From NCBI GenBank assembly GCA_964352425.1, contig CAYGRZ010000001.1, positions 64,672-128,671 on the forward strand: a stretch of DNA of 64,000 nt, read 5' to 3'. The DNA comes from an uncultured Planctomycetia bacterium. Its GTDB lineage: Bacteria; Omnitrophota; Gorgyraeia; 2-01-FULL-45-10. Position 1 is the first letter of the stretch. Every line of letters begins with the position of its first letter. The notes under the pieces are model-generated. The model was given only the letters and a program-made list of their open reading frames with translations, made no database searches and had not been told where the DNA came from. This document shows, in pieces, positions 27,129 through 35,593 of this stretch. A program made the translations under genes and the position numbers.

Positions 27129-27700
27129 TAAAGAAGAAGAGCCTCATCGTAGCGCTTGTATCGAGTTTCGTAATATGCCTCGTCCTGATCATGACGCTCG
27201 TCGGATACGCCATATACCTCGAATTGAAAGACGAGGAGTCGAGGAAGGTGTATCAGGCCATGCTCCAGAAAGTGAATGCGCAGTATTACGCTAAACATAT
27301 CGAAGTGGCGCGGCTGGGCGCTACGGTTGAGTCCGCCGGCGCGCTTAAAGGCCAACCGGTCGTCGAGGGCATTGTCAGGAACAGCGGGTATAAAGACATA
27401 TCGGACATCCTGCTGAAAGTGAAGTTCCTCGACCGCGACGGCGCCATAGTGTATGAGGCGGTATTCCACCCGCAGGAGCCGTCGCTTGGCTCTTCAAGCC
27501 TTTCGAAGGTCTCGATCCCTTATTTTTCAGAGCACTCAAAAACCGTCATCAGGCCTGAAGGGTCTCTTCCATTTAAACGGATACTCACTAACTGCCCCGC
27601 GGAGATCGTCGGTGAACTCAAAAACGGGAAGGCCGCTAAGGGTGTGGCCGGCAGATGGTCCGGCACGTTCGATTACGAGATCCTCGCCATAAACTTCTAG
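27122..27700 (+). CDS. membrane-anchored hypothetical protein (GTG start inferred)
   Basis: N-terminal TM LIVALVSSFVICLVLIMTLVGYAIY; in-frame GTG overlaps the upstream stop. Confidence 0.5.
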   Translation: MLIKKKSLIVALVSSFVICLVLIMTLVGYAIYLELKDEESRKVYQAMLQKVNAQYYAKHIEVARLGATVESAGALKGQPVVEGIVRNSGYKDISDILLKVKFLDRDGAIVYEAVFHPQEPSLGSSSLSKVSIPYFSEHSKTVIRPEGSLPFKRILTNCPAEIVGELKNGKAAKGVAGRWSGTFDYEILAINF

Positions 27701-27708
27701 ACCCCAAT

Positions 27709-29418
27709 ATGAGAAATATTTATATCGCGGTCGCTGCGTTCCTCCTCATCAGCCTCGTCCTCTTCATCTTATCATTCGTCTTCCTGGACATCGCGAAACA
27801 TACAACCTACCATTACATCGTCAATGCCGGCGGGCGCGACATCGGCACCATCCGCGTCGATACATTCATCACGGAAGACAAACTGATCTATAAATCTGCG
27901 GCCAACATGCCGTGCGCGCCGCAATTCACGGAATACAGGACGCGGCTCGACCTGGACAGGAAATATAATCTCGAAAGCTTCACCAAGGAGAGGACGGCCG
28001 GCCGGGCCACGGATCTTATCTACATTGAAATTTTCAGGAACATGGCCTCGTTCGTATCGAGATTTCAGTCAAAGTTCGCCTGCGTCGAGGGCATGCCGGT
28101 GAAGAGGGGCACATTCGTATTTGAGGAAGACGCGCCGGTCACCTATATCCCGCTCATAGAAAATTATAATTTTATCAGAGGCCGGTCCCAGGGATTTAGT
28201 GCGCTTATCCCGGCTGCGGCGTTGGGTATGCCCCCGATGAAACGGTTTGTCATCCTGACATCACTGCGGGATGAATACGTCAAGATCGGGCCGAGGAAGA
28301 TCAAGACCGAAAACCTCGTGGTGAAGATACGCGATTACCCGCAGGCGAACATATGGGTGTCAAAGGCCGACAGGGCCATCATCAGGATCGAGATACCGTC
28401 GCAGAACCTCACAATAACGAGGGCCTTCGGTCTCAAGGCGCTGCAGGCAAGGCAATACCGGCCGAAGGCCGATGGCTACGCTACGCGGGAGGTCACCGTC
28501 AAATCCAGGTCCGCGGAACTGGGCGGCAGCCTGGCCATCCCATCCGGCGAGGGCGCATTCCCCGCCGTCCTGCTCGTGTGGGGCCAGGGCGCGCAGGACA
28601 GATATCATCAGGGCCTCTTCGCATCGGTCGCGGACTATCTGGCGAAGAACGGTTTCTGCGTCTTAAGCCTCGACAAGCGCGGCGTAGGCTCCAGCGGCGG
28701 CGACATCGCATCGACGACTGCCGCTGATATCGTCGATGACATAGATGCTGCGGTCTCATTTCTGGCAAGCCGGCCGCAGGTCGATGCCAGGATGATCGCG
28801 CTGATAGGGCACGGCAGGGGGGCCTCTTATGCGATGAAAGCTGTTACAAGAAACGAGGCCGTTCGCGGGTTAATCCTGATGTCGCCGTCTATCGGCGCTG
28901 CTTACGATACGCGCTCACGCCTGGAAACGCTCAAGGCAGCTGCTTCCAGGACGAGATGGAGCGATGAATACCTGAGCCTTGTCGCCAGGACTCTTGAGGA
29001 GACCGAAAGCAGGGTCCTGGCAACGAAGGGAAACTGGGCTTATATCCTGGGCAAGAAATGTTTCATGGGGAGCCTGAGGGAAGAGATGGGCGATAAGCCC
29101 ATAGAAACGATAAGCAGGGTGAAGGTGCCGGTCCTTATCCTGCAGGGCGGCAATGATGATGAGGCCCTGGGAGAATCCGGTTCATATCTGGACAAGGCGC
29201 TGTCAGATGCCGGCAACCAGGCGCGAACCCTGACCTATTATGCTTATCTTGGACCGTTCCTGGGGGAGGCTGTCAATGACGGCATCCACCGGATACATTA
29301 CGAGACAGACAAGCAGGTGCTGGAAAATATAAAAAGTTGGCTCAACAAGCTGCCGGCCCAAGCCGCACGCGCGCCTGAAGAGGTACCGACGGAGCAGTCG
29401 GCACCCGCAGGCTCGTAA
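27709..29418 (+). CDS. membrane-anchored alpha/beta-hydrolase-fold protein (S9/dienelactone-hydrolase-like); nucleophile position reads GHGRGA
   Basis: TM anchor, then an alpha/beta hydrolase C-terminal region (VLLVWGQGAQ...LIGHGRGASYAM...LILQGGND). Confidence 0.8.
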   Translation: MRNIYIAVAAFLLISLVLFILSFVFLDIAKHTTYHYIVNAGGRDIGTIRVDTFITEDKLIYKSAANMPCAPQFTEYRTRLDLDRKYNLESFTKERTAGRATDLIYIEIFRNMASFVSRFQSKFACVEGMPVKRGTFVFEEDAPVTYIPLIENYNFIRGRSQGFSALIPAAALGMPPMKRFVILTSLRDEYVKIGPRKIKTENLVVKIRDYPQANIWVSKADRAIIRIEIPSQNLTITRAFGLKALQARQYRPKADGYATREVTVKSRSAELGGSLAIPSGEGAFPAVLLVWGQGAQDRYHQGLFASVADYLAKNGFCVLSLDKRGVGSSGGDIASTTAADIVDDIDAAVSFLASRPQVDARMIALIGHGRGASYAMKAVTRNEAVRGLILMSPSIGAAYDTRSRLETLKAAASRTRWSDEYLSLVARTLEETESRVLATKGNWAYILGKKCFMGSLREEMGDKPIETISRVKVPVLILQGGNDDEALGESGSYLDKALSDAGNQARTLTYYAYLGPFLGEAVNDGIHRIHYETDKQVLENIKSWLNKLPAQAARAPEEVPTEQSAPAGS

Positions 29419-29426
29419 TATTAGGT

Positions 29427-29455
29427 TTGACTTTATTTTTTTCGTATGATATACT
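29427..29455 (+). promoter_or_regulatory. sigma70-like promoter (TTGACT-17-TATACT)
   Basis: Consensus-like hexamers with a 17-nt spacer, ~95 nt upstream of the PilZ gene at 29553. Confidence 0.45.
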
Positions 29456-29552
29456 CCGACAATATTACGCCGGGAACAGGAAATTGCGGCAATCCTGCCG
29501 TAAAGCCGGACTGATCGAAACGAAGAATGCGCTACAGGAGCGACCCAGACCT

Positions 29553-29957
29553 ATGGTAAAAAAGGTACAGGATATTTTCGTAGAGAGAAGGCGCTACGTT
29601 CGCCTGCAGACGCCGATACCGATCGCCTATACCGTCCCGCAGACCGGCAGCGTGCATACCACCAGCACCAAGAATATTTCCGCGGACGGCCTGAGGCTGG
29701 AGACCCATGATAGGGCGCTCAAAGAGGGCGACCTGATAGAGTTGAAGATGACGATTGCAGGCGCGCCGAATCCCGTTCATGCCAAAGGCAAGGTTATCTG
29801 GAAGAAGAAGATGTCGCTCGAAGACGCCGCGCCCTTCGACTGCGGCATAGAGTTCGCCGAGATCGAAGAGGACAACAAAAATACGTTCCTGAAGTTCCTG
29901 TGCGACCTCATATATGATATCAAAAAGGAGCCAAAACATGCCCGTAAGAAAGAATGA
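29553..29957 (+). CDS. PilZ-domain protein
   Basis: RRRYVRLQ and KNISADGL PilZ motifs; internal ATG of ORF 29427 (the upstream part overlaps the promoter). Confidence 0.75.
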   Translation: MVKKVQDIFVERRRYVRLQTPIPIAYTVPQTGSVHTTSTKNISADGLRLETHDRALKEGDLIELKMTIAGAPNPVHAKGKVIWKKKMSLEDAAPFDCGIEFAEIEEDNKNTFLKFLCDLIYDIKKEPKHARKKE

Positions 29958-30291
29958 TCCGTCCCTCAGCATGATCGTCGGGTCCGTCACGCTTGCGCTC
30001 TTGTGTATATGCGGATGTTCGATCGTCAATACGATACCCCGGCCGGATCAGGTGATGAAGACGCCTCTCGGCACGGAATCGATCAAGATAGGGATGACGA
30101 AGCAGGAGGTCGAGTCAAAATGGGGCAAGCCCGATTCTGTGCAGACGGTCGAGAATAAGAAGCGGTGGGCAGGAGCGCGCGAGATGTGGGTGTACCGGGC
30201 CAGTTACGGATCGATACCGGTCGATGCCGGCTACCTCTCGGAGACCAAGAAGCTGTACTTCGACGGCGTTAACCTCACCGAGATCGAATAG
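29938..30291 (+). CDS. BamE/SmpA-OmlA-like lipoprotein
   Basis: LALLCICGCS lipobox; GMTKQEVESKWGKPDSV BamE-like motif. Confidence 0.6.
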   Translation: MPVRKNDPSLSMIVGSVTLALLCICGCSIVNTIPRPDQVMKTPLGTESIKIGMTKQEVESKWGKPDSVQTVENKKRWAGAREMWVYRASYGSIPVDAGYLSETKKLYFDGVNLTEIE

Positions 30292-30318
30292 CCTGCGCGC
30301 CGGGGGAAGGTTCGATAC

Positions 30319-30669
30319 ATGCTGCGATTGATGTGTAAATCAAAGATCCACAGGGCAACATTGACGAAGGTCGATCTCCACTACGAAGGATCGATTGGCA
30401 TCGATACACTGCTGCTGAAAAAAGCCGACATCCTTCCGGGCGAGATCGTCGCAGTGGTCAATATCAATAACGGCTCCCGGTTCGAGACCTATGCGTTTGA
30501 AGAGAAGGCCGGTTCAGGCACGATCGGCCTCTACGGCGCCGCGGCGCATCTCGGCAATGTGGGCGACCTGGTCATCATCCTGTCATACGGCATGTTCGAG
30601 GACAAGGACGCCCGGCGCGTCAAGACCAAACGCGTCTACGTCGACGCCAAGAACAGGATCGCTCCATAG
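30319..30669 (+). CDS. panD: aspartate 1-decarboxylase
   Basis: MLRLMCKSKIHRATLTKVDLHYEGSIGID... colinear with E. coli PanD, including the Gly-Ser self-processing site. Confidence 0.9.
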   Translation: MLRLMCKSKIHRATLTKVDLHYEGSIGIDTLLLKKADILPGEIVAVVNINNGSRFETYAFEEKAGSGTIGLYGAAAHLGNVGDLVIILSYGMFEDKDARRVKTKRVYVDAKNRIAP

Positions 30670-30671
30670 TC

Positions 30672-31157
30672 ATGGCTGATCTCACAATCAGGAAATTCCC
30701 CGATTTAGTCCTTCGCACCAAGGCCTCCAAGGTCACAGCGGTCACACAAGCGGTAAGGCAGATGCTGAGCGAGATGGCGCAGACCATGTATATAAGCCAG
30801 GGCGTCGGCCTGGCCGCTGTCCAGGTCGGCATCAACAAGCAGCTTGCGGTCATCGACGTGGGCGAAGGGCTTATCAAGATGATCAACCCCGTCATCGTGA
30901 AGCGGGAAGGCTCCGAGGCGTTCGAGGAAGGGTGCCTGAGCTGTCCGGGGGCCTCCGTCAAGATCAAGAGGGCAAAGCAGGTCGTGGTGAGCTTCCTGAA
31001 CGAGAAGGGCGATATGATGGAGCTCCGGGCGCATGGTTTGCTGGCGCGCGCCGTCCAGCACGAGCTCGACCACTTATCCGGCAAGCTCATCATCGATTAT
31101 ATGGGCCCCTTAAAGAAGATGCTCGCGGGAAAAAAGATCAGGAGGAACAGATCATGA
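30672..31157 (+). CDS. def: peptide deformylase
   Basis: GVGLAAVQVG, EGCLSCPG and QHELDHL motifs. Confidence 0.9.
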   Translation: MADLTIRKFPDLVLRTKASKVTAVTQAVRQMLSEMAQTMYISQGVGLAAVQVGINKQLAVIDVGEGLIKMINPVIVKREGSEAFEEGCLSCPGASVKIKRAKQVVVSFLNEKGDMMELRAHGLLARAVQHELDHLSGKLIIDYMGPLKKMLAGKKIRRNRS

Positions 31158-31600
31158 CGTTGTACGAGAAGATGGAGAGTGATATGAAGAGCGCCCTCAA
31201 GGGCGGGGAGGCGGGCAAGCTTTCGGTGCTGAGGATGCTCGTCGCGGCGATCAGGCAGTTTGAGATCGACAAGAATGTCAAGGCGCCGGCAGAGGCCGAT
31301 GTCCTGCAGATACTCTCGCGCCAGATCAAGCAGCACAGGGAATCGATCGAGCAATTCAACGGCGGCAACAGGCCGGACCTGGCGATGAAAGAAGCGGCGG
31401 AGCTGAAGATACTCGAGGCGTACATGCCCGCACAGCTCGGCGAAGGCGAGCTGCTGGAGATCGTACAGGCTGCTGTCGCTGAGGCGGGCGCGGCAACGAA
31501 AGCTGACATGGGTAAGGTCATGAAACTCGTTATGGAGAAGGCACAGGGCAGGGCGGACGGGAAGACGATAAACCAGCTCGTGATGAAATTCCTGAAATGA
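31154..31600 (+). CDS. GatB/YqeY-domain protein
   Basis: MTLYEKMESDMKSALKGGEAGKLSVLRML... YqeY family; ATGA overlap with def. Confidence 0.8.
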   Translation: MTLYEKMESDMKSALKGGEAGKLSVLRMLVAAIRQFEIDKNVKAPAEADVLQILSRQIKQHRESIEQFNGGNRPDLAMKEAAELKILEAYMPAQLGEGELLEIVQAAVAEAGAATKADMGKVMKLVMEKAQGRADGKTINQLVMKFLK

Positions 31601-31633
31601 TCATGATGCCGGCCAGGTAGGGCCGTATTTTCC

Positions 31634-31698
31634 TTGATACTTCGGTAGATCTATTGTATAGTAAACCCCGTTAGAAAGGACGGGGCTTTCTAACGGGG
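31634..31698 (+). promoter_or_regulatory. sigma70-like promoter (TTGATA-17-TATAGT) followed by a perfect 13-bp inverted repeat around +1
   Basis: ccccgttagaaag-gacgggg-ctttctaacgggg (31666-31698) directly downstream of the -10. Confidence 0.45.
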
Positions 31699-31724
31699 TA
31701 AATCAATTGCGAAAGGAGGAAAAG

Positions 31725-32066
31725 ATGAAGAAAAGGTATATAGTTTTTTTGTGCGTTGCGATCGCCGCGTGCGTAGTGTGTGCCGCAACGGCCGGCGCTG
31801 CAGAGGAGACGGCGAAGAGTTTCTGGCAGAAGCTCTTTAACTACCCTGCCAATGTGACGAAAGAGTCTGTCAATGTCATCGCGGACACAGGAAAGAAGGG
31901 GACCGAGACCGTCGTCAATGAGGTAAAGACTATCGGGAAGGTCACCTCCGGAGACACCGACAAGGCAAAGGACCTGGTCACCGAGCCGGTAAAAGGAACG
32001 GTTGAGACCGCCAGGACGGCAGTCGAGGGAACCGCGAACGTCCCCGTTACCGCAGCAAAAGAATAA
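31725..32066 (+). CDS. small secreted protein (hypothetical)
   Basis: MKKRYIVFLCVAIAACVVCAATAGAA signal peptide; AAAGGAGGA RBS. Confidence 0.6.
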   Translation: MKKRYIVFLCVAIAACVVCAATAGAAEETAKSFWQKLFNYPANVTKESVNVIADTGKKGTETVVNEVKTIGKVTSGDTDKAKDLVTEPVKGTVETARTAVEGTANVPVTAAKE

Positions 32067-32180
32067 GACGCCCGTTGCGAGTAAGCCACGTCAAGCGTAT
32101 AGATGAATAAACGGGAGAAGCCATATCATCCGAAAATAGATATGGCTTTTTCTGTAGAGACTAATTATACTATTGATATC

Positions 32181-32705
32181 ATGCGATCGCGCGTTTCACT
32201 TATCCTGACGGTGATCGTCACCGCCGTCATCACTATAGCATTGTACCGGCCGGTATCCGTTGTGGCGTTCAGGGTCGCGGAGCCGTACTACGGTTTTCCG
32301 ATCAAGGCCGCCGCTACCGGCGGCAAGCTCGTCATACGTAATGACGTTCTCGGCGACGGCGATTTCGGCACCAAGCGCGGCGGCGGGCGGTCGCATGCCG
32401 GCATCGACATCCTGGCTGCCGTAGGAACGCCTGTCTTCGCTTCGAAGAGCGGCATCGCGTTCTGCGGAAACGTGCCGACGGGATACGGGCGGTATGTGAT
32501 GATCTATCATCCCGACGGCACGCAGACGATGTACGGCCATCTCTCCAACTGGGCCGTCGGGTCGACACAGCAGGTCCGCAAAGGCGAGATGATCGGATAT
32601 GTGGGCAAGACCGGTAATGCCAAAAGCTTGCTTATGCAGGCGCATCTGCACTTCGAGATCAGGAAGGGCGGTGAGCCGGTCGCGCCGCAGCCATTGATGC
32701 GGTAA
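32181..32705 (+). CDS. M23-family metallopeptidase (start uncertain: 32103, 32142 or 32181)
   Basis: HAGIDI...YHPDGTQTMYGHL...HLHFEIR M23 motifs; TM anchor MRSRVSLILTVIV; a candidate promoter TTGCGA-17-TATAGA at 32075-32103 argues against the 32103 start. Confidence 0.7.
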   Translation: MRSRVSLILTVIVTAVITIALYRPVSVVAFRVAEPYYGFPIKAAATGGKLVIRNDVLGDGDFGTKRGGGRSHAGIDILAAVGTPVFASKSGIAFCGNVPTGYGRYVMIYHPDGTQTMYGHLSNWAVGSTQQVRKGEMIGYVGKTGNAKSLLMQAHLHFEIRKGGEPVAPQPLMR

Positions 32706-32728
32706 TTCTACAAAGGGAGACAAGTCCT

Positions 32729-32866
32729 ATGAAAAAATATGCTCTTGCGGTGCTGCTGCTCGCCGTCTGTGCCGTACTGCTCGGCTGCGGCGAAACGGTA
32801 TCGGGGGTCGGTAAAGACGCCAGCAGGATGGGGCGCGGCGTCAATACGTTCTTCTTCAGGCAATAA
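32729..32866 (+). CDS. entericidin (EcnA/EcnB)-like small lipoprotein, 45 aa (not in the supplied ORF track)
   Basis: MKKYALAVLLLAVCAVLLGCGETVSGVGKDASRMGRGVNTFFFRQ; AAGGGAGA RBS; matches the entericidin pattern of lipobox plus G-VG-D...G. Confidence 0.6.
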   Translation: MKKYALAVLLLAVCAVLLGCGETVSGVGKDASRMGRGVNTFFFRQ

Positions 32867-32880
32867 TCGAGCAGGCCCTT

Positions 32881-33594
32881 ATGCCAATTCGTATACGTGA
32901 GATCGACAACATCGGGATACTTGACGTTGACGGGCGGCTCGATATCAATTCGTCCGACATCATCGAGACCGTCGGATGGATGACCAGCACCGGCAAGGTC
33001 AACATGATCATGAACTTCGAGAATGTCGACCTCGTCGATTCCAGCGGCCTTTCGGTGCTGGCGATAGCGTATAAGAACGTTGTGAACCATAAAGGCAGGC
33101 TGAAGTTCGCCGGTGTCCCTCCGTACGTCATGGAGCTTTTCAAGATTGCAAAACTTGATGCCGTCTTCGAAGTCTACCCCGACGAGGAGTCGGCTTTCAG
33201 CAGCTTCCACGAAGAAGAGATAGACCATATCCCGCTGCGGCGCAGGTTCCCGCGTCTCGACATCCATCTCAGCGTCAAATTCGTCCTCTCAAGCGACCGG
33301 AAACACCCGAAGGCTTATAAGGGGCAGGTCATTAATATCAGCGCGGCCGGTCTCTACGTATACACCCCTCACACCTTTCCGGTCAACAGCTCCTTACACA
33401 TGGTCTTCAGCCTCCCGAACAGGCAGGCCGTACTGACGGCCGACGGCAAGGTATCGTGGCTCTCCGACAAGGAGATCCAGTCGCATTATTCTCCCGGCAT
33501 GGGCATCGCGTTCAGCCGCCTCACGCCCGCAAAAGAGCGGGTGATCGTTGACTTTATCGATAAGAACATAAGCCACAGGACAGAGCCGGTATGA
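32881..33594 (+). CDS. STAS-domain (anti-sigma-antagonist-like) / PilZ-domain fusion protein
   Basis: N-terminal STAS-like region (DVDGRLDINS...VDSSGLSVL) and C-terminal PilZ motifs (RRRFPRL, INISAAGL). Confidence 0.75.
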   Translation: MPIRIREIDNIGILDVDGRLDINSSDIIETVGWMTSTGKVNMIMNFENVDLVDSSGLSVLAIAYKNVVNHKGRLKFAGVPPYVMELFKIAKLDAVFEVYPDEESAFSSFHEEEIDHIPLRRRFPRLDIHLSVKFVLSSDRKHPKAYKGQVINISAAGLYVYTPHTFPVNSSLHMVFSLPNRQAVLTADGKVSWLSDKEIQSHYSPGMGIAFSRLTPAKERVIVDFIDKNISHRTEPV

Positions 33595-34607
33595 CACAGG
33601 TTGGGTGCGGTTTTAAAGGATGCGCGGAACAGGCGGTAGCGCTCTCGGAATTCTGTTGGGACCACGTACGCGATAAGGATGCGTATAGCGGGACCCTCGT
33701 GAAGGCCTCCGCCGGCGGCCGGGACTTTAGCTTCTGTAACTTTAAGAAGATCATCCTGAAGAAGGCCCGGTTCGAAAAGGCCTGCATGGCAAAGGCGGAC
33801 CTGTCGCAGGCGGACCTGTCCGGGACTCATTTTTTTGACTGCACGCTCTCCGGCGCCGACCTCATTGGCGCAAACCTCTCGGACTGCGACCTCTCGCACT
33901 GCGACCTGAAGAACGTCGACCTGACAAAGGCGCACCTGGTCAAGGCGAGACTGTGGAACACCGAGCTCGCCGACGCCAACCTCACGGAATGCGACCTGTC
34001 CGGCGCGGACCTGTGGAACGCGGGCCTTTTTAATGTCAAGCTATGGCACACCGTCCTGACAGGCGCACGATCGATCACGAAGATGAGTTTTTCCAGCGGC
34101 GCCAGGATGTATGATAATCCGAAGATAAACGAATCCGGGGCGCTATCTGCCGAGGAATCCTACAGGGACCTGAAGCAATATTTCATGAACAGCGGTATGT
34201 ACAACGATGCGAGCTGGGCGTCATTCAAGGAAAAATCGATGGAGCGGGTCATCCTGAAAAAGAAGGGCGACTGGATCTATATACCGAGCCTGATCATGAA
34301 CATCCTGTGCGGTTACGGCGAGAAGCCATACAGGATCGTCCTGTCCGCTATCGGCACGATAGCCTTATTCGCTATCCTCTATCATTCTTTCAACGCCGTC
34401 CAGGGCCCGTGCAATCCTTCATACCTGATGAGATGGTACGACTACCTCTACTACAGCGCGATAACGTTCACGACCGTCGGATACGGCGATTTCGTGCCGA
34501 AGCCGATCGGCGCTTTCCGCCTGCTTGCCGCAGCCGAGGCGTTCTGCGGCGTGTTCGTTACCGGCCTCTTCATCTTCACGCTCGCAAGGAAATATTCTGC
34601 GAGATAA
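33591..34607 (+). CDS. pentapeptide-repeat protein fused to a 2-TM K+-channel pore (TVGYGD)
   Basis: Tandem A(D/N)LSG(A/T)DL pentapeptide repeats; C-terminal M1-pore helix-TTVGYGD-M2 architecture; ATGA overlap with the STAS-PilZ gene. Confidence 0.75.
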   Translation: MTQVGCGFKGCAEQAVALSEFCWDHVRDKDAYSGTLVKASAGGRDFSFCNFKKIILKKARFEKACMAKADLSQADLSGTHFFDCTLSGADLIGANLSDCDLSHCDLKNVDLTKAHLVKARLWNTELADANLTECDLSGADLWNAGLFNVKLWHTVLTGARSITKMSFSSGARMYDNPKINESGALSAEESYRDLKQYFMNSGMYNDASWASFKEKSMERVILKKKGDWIYIPSLIMNILCGYGEKPYRIVLSAIGTIALFAILYHSFNAVQGPCNPSYLMRWYDYLYYSAITFTTVGYGDFVPKPIGAFRLLAAAEAFCGVFVTGLFIFTLARKYSAR

Positions 34608-34621
34608 ATAAAATACAAATA

Positions 34622-35593
34622 ATGGACCGCAAAAAGCTGGAAGCCGTAAAAAGGGCAAACGCCCTCCTTGGAAACTGCCTCAAAAGCTGCTCGATATGCC
34701 CGCGTACGTGCGGTGTCGACCGCACGGCAGGTAAGTCTGGCTACTGCCGCGCGGCCTTTAACTCCGTCGTGTACAGTTATTCGCCCCACCACGGCGAAGA
34801 GCCGCCGATATCAGGAACCAGGGGCTCGGGCACGATATTCTTCTCCCACTGCAATATGAAATGCGCCTATTGCCAGAATTACGACTTCAGCCAGCTCAAT
34901 AAGGGTGAGGAAGTGACAACCGACAAGCTCGCGGCGATGATGCTCTCGCTGCAGAAGAGAGGATGTCATAATATCAATCTCGTCACGCCGACGCATTACG
35001 TTCCGCAGATACTTGCCTCTCTCGAGATGGCGCTTGAGGGCGGGCTCGAAATACCCATTGTCTATAATACCAGCGGCTATGACCTGGTCGAGACTATCAG
35101 GGCCCTCGATGGGGTCGTCGATATTTACCTGCCCGACATGAGATACTCGGACGATACAATGGCAGGCAAGTACTCCGATGCGGTGCGGTATGTCGAGCAT
35201 AACCGGGCCTGTGTGCGCGAGATGCAGGCCCAGGTGGGGGATCTGGTAATGGACGGTACAGGCATAGCCAAGAGGGGGATCATCATCAGGCTCCTGGCGC
35301 TGCCGGGCGGTATTTCGGGCACGGAGCGGTCGCTGCGCTATATTCGTGAGCATGTCAGCCCTGGCGCTTATTTAAGCATCATGAGCCAGTACTATCCGAC
35401 GTTCAAGGCGCACCAGTACACGGAGATATCCCGCAGCATCTCCGTCGGAGAGTATAAGAATGTAGTTGACGCGGCGCATCTTTTGAGCTTAAATAAAGGT
35501 TGGATACAGGAAGCCCCCGAAGAATTTGAACCGAGATTTTTCGGCACTAACATCAAACCCACAATAGACCGCGATGGCAAAGAAGATCAGTAA
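34622..35593 (+). CDS. radical-SAM protein (PflX/activase-like)
   Basis: CNMKCAYCQN (CX3CX2C); the internal ATG at 34622 is used because the upstream extension of ORF 34307 is Arg-rich shadow. Confidence 0.8.
   Translation: MDRKKLEAVKRANALLGNCLKSCSICPRTCGVDRTAGKSGYCRAAFNSVVYSYSPHHGEEPPISGTRGSGTIFFSHCNMKCAYCQNYDFSQLNKGEEVTTDKLAAMMLSLQKRGCHNINLVTPTHYVPQILASLEMALEGGLEIPIVYNTSGYDLVETIRALDGVVDIYLPDMRYSDDTMAGKYSDAVRYVEHNRACVREMQAQVGDLVMDGTGIAKRGIIIRLLALPGGISGTERSLRYIREHVSPGAYLSIMSQYYPTFKAHQYTEISRSISVGEYKNVVDAAHLLSLNKGWIQEAPEEFEPRFFGTNIKPTIDRDGKEDQ

Noticed and set aside
29427-29552. Upstream extensions of ORFs (29427, 30932, 34307, 43628, 6475, 9610, 10070, 20108, 22081, 24136, 27655, 45807).
   Set aside because: The extensions overlap upstream genes, promoters or terminators and are Arg-rich. 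Internal ATG/GTG codons coincide with RBSs, family-typical N-termini and 1-4 nt overlaps with the preceding stop.
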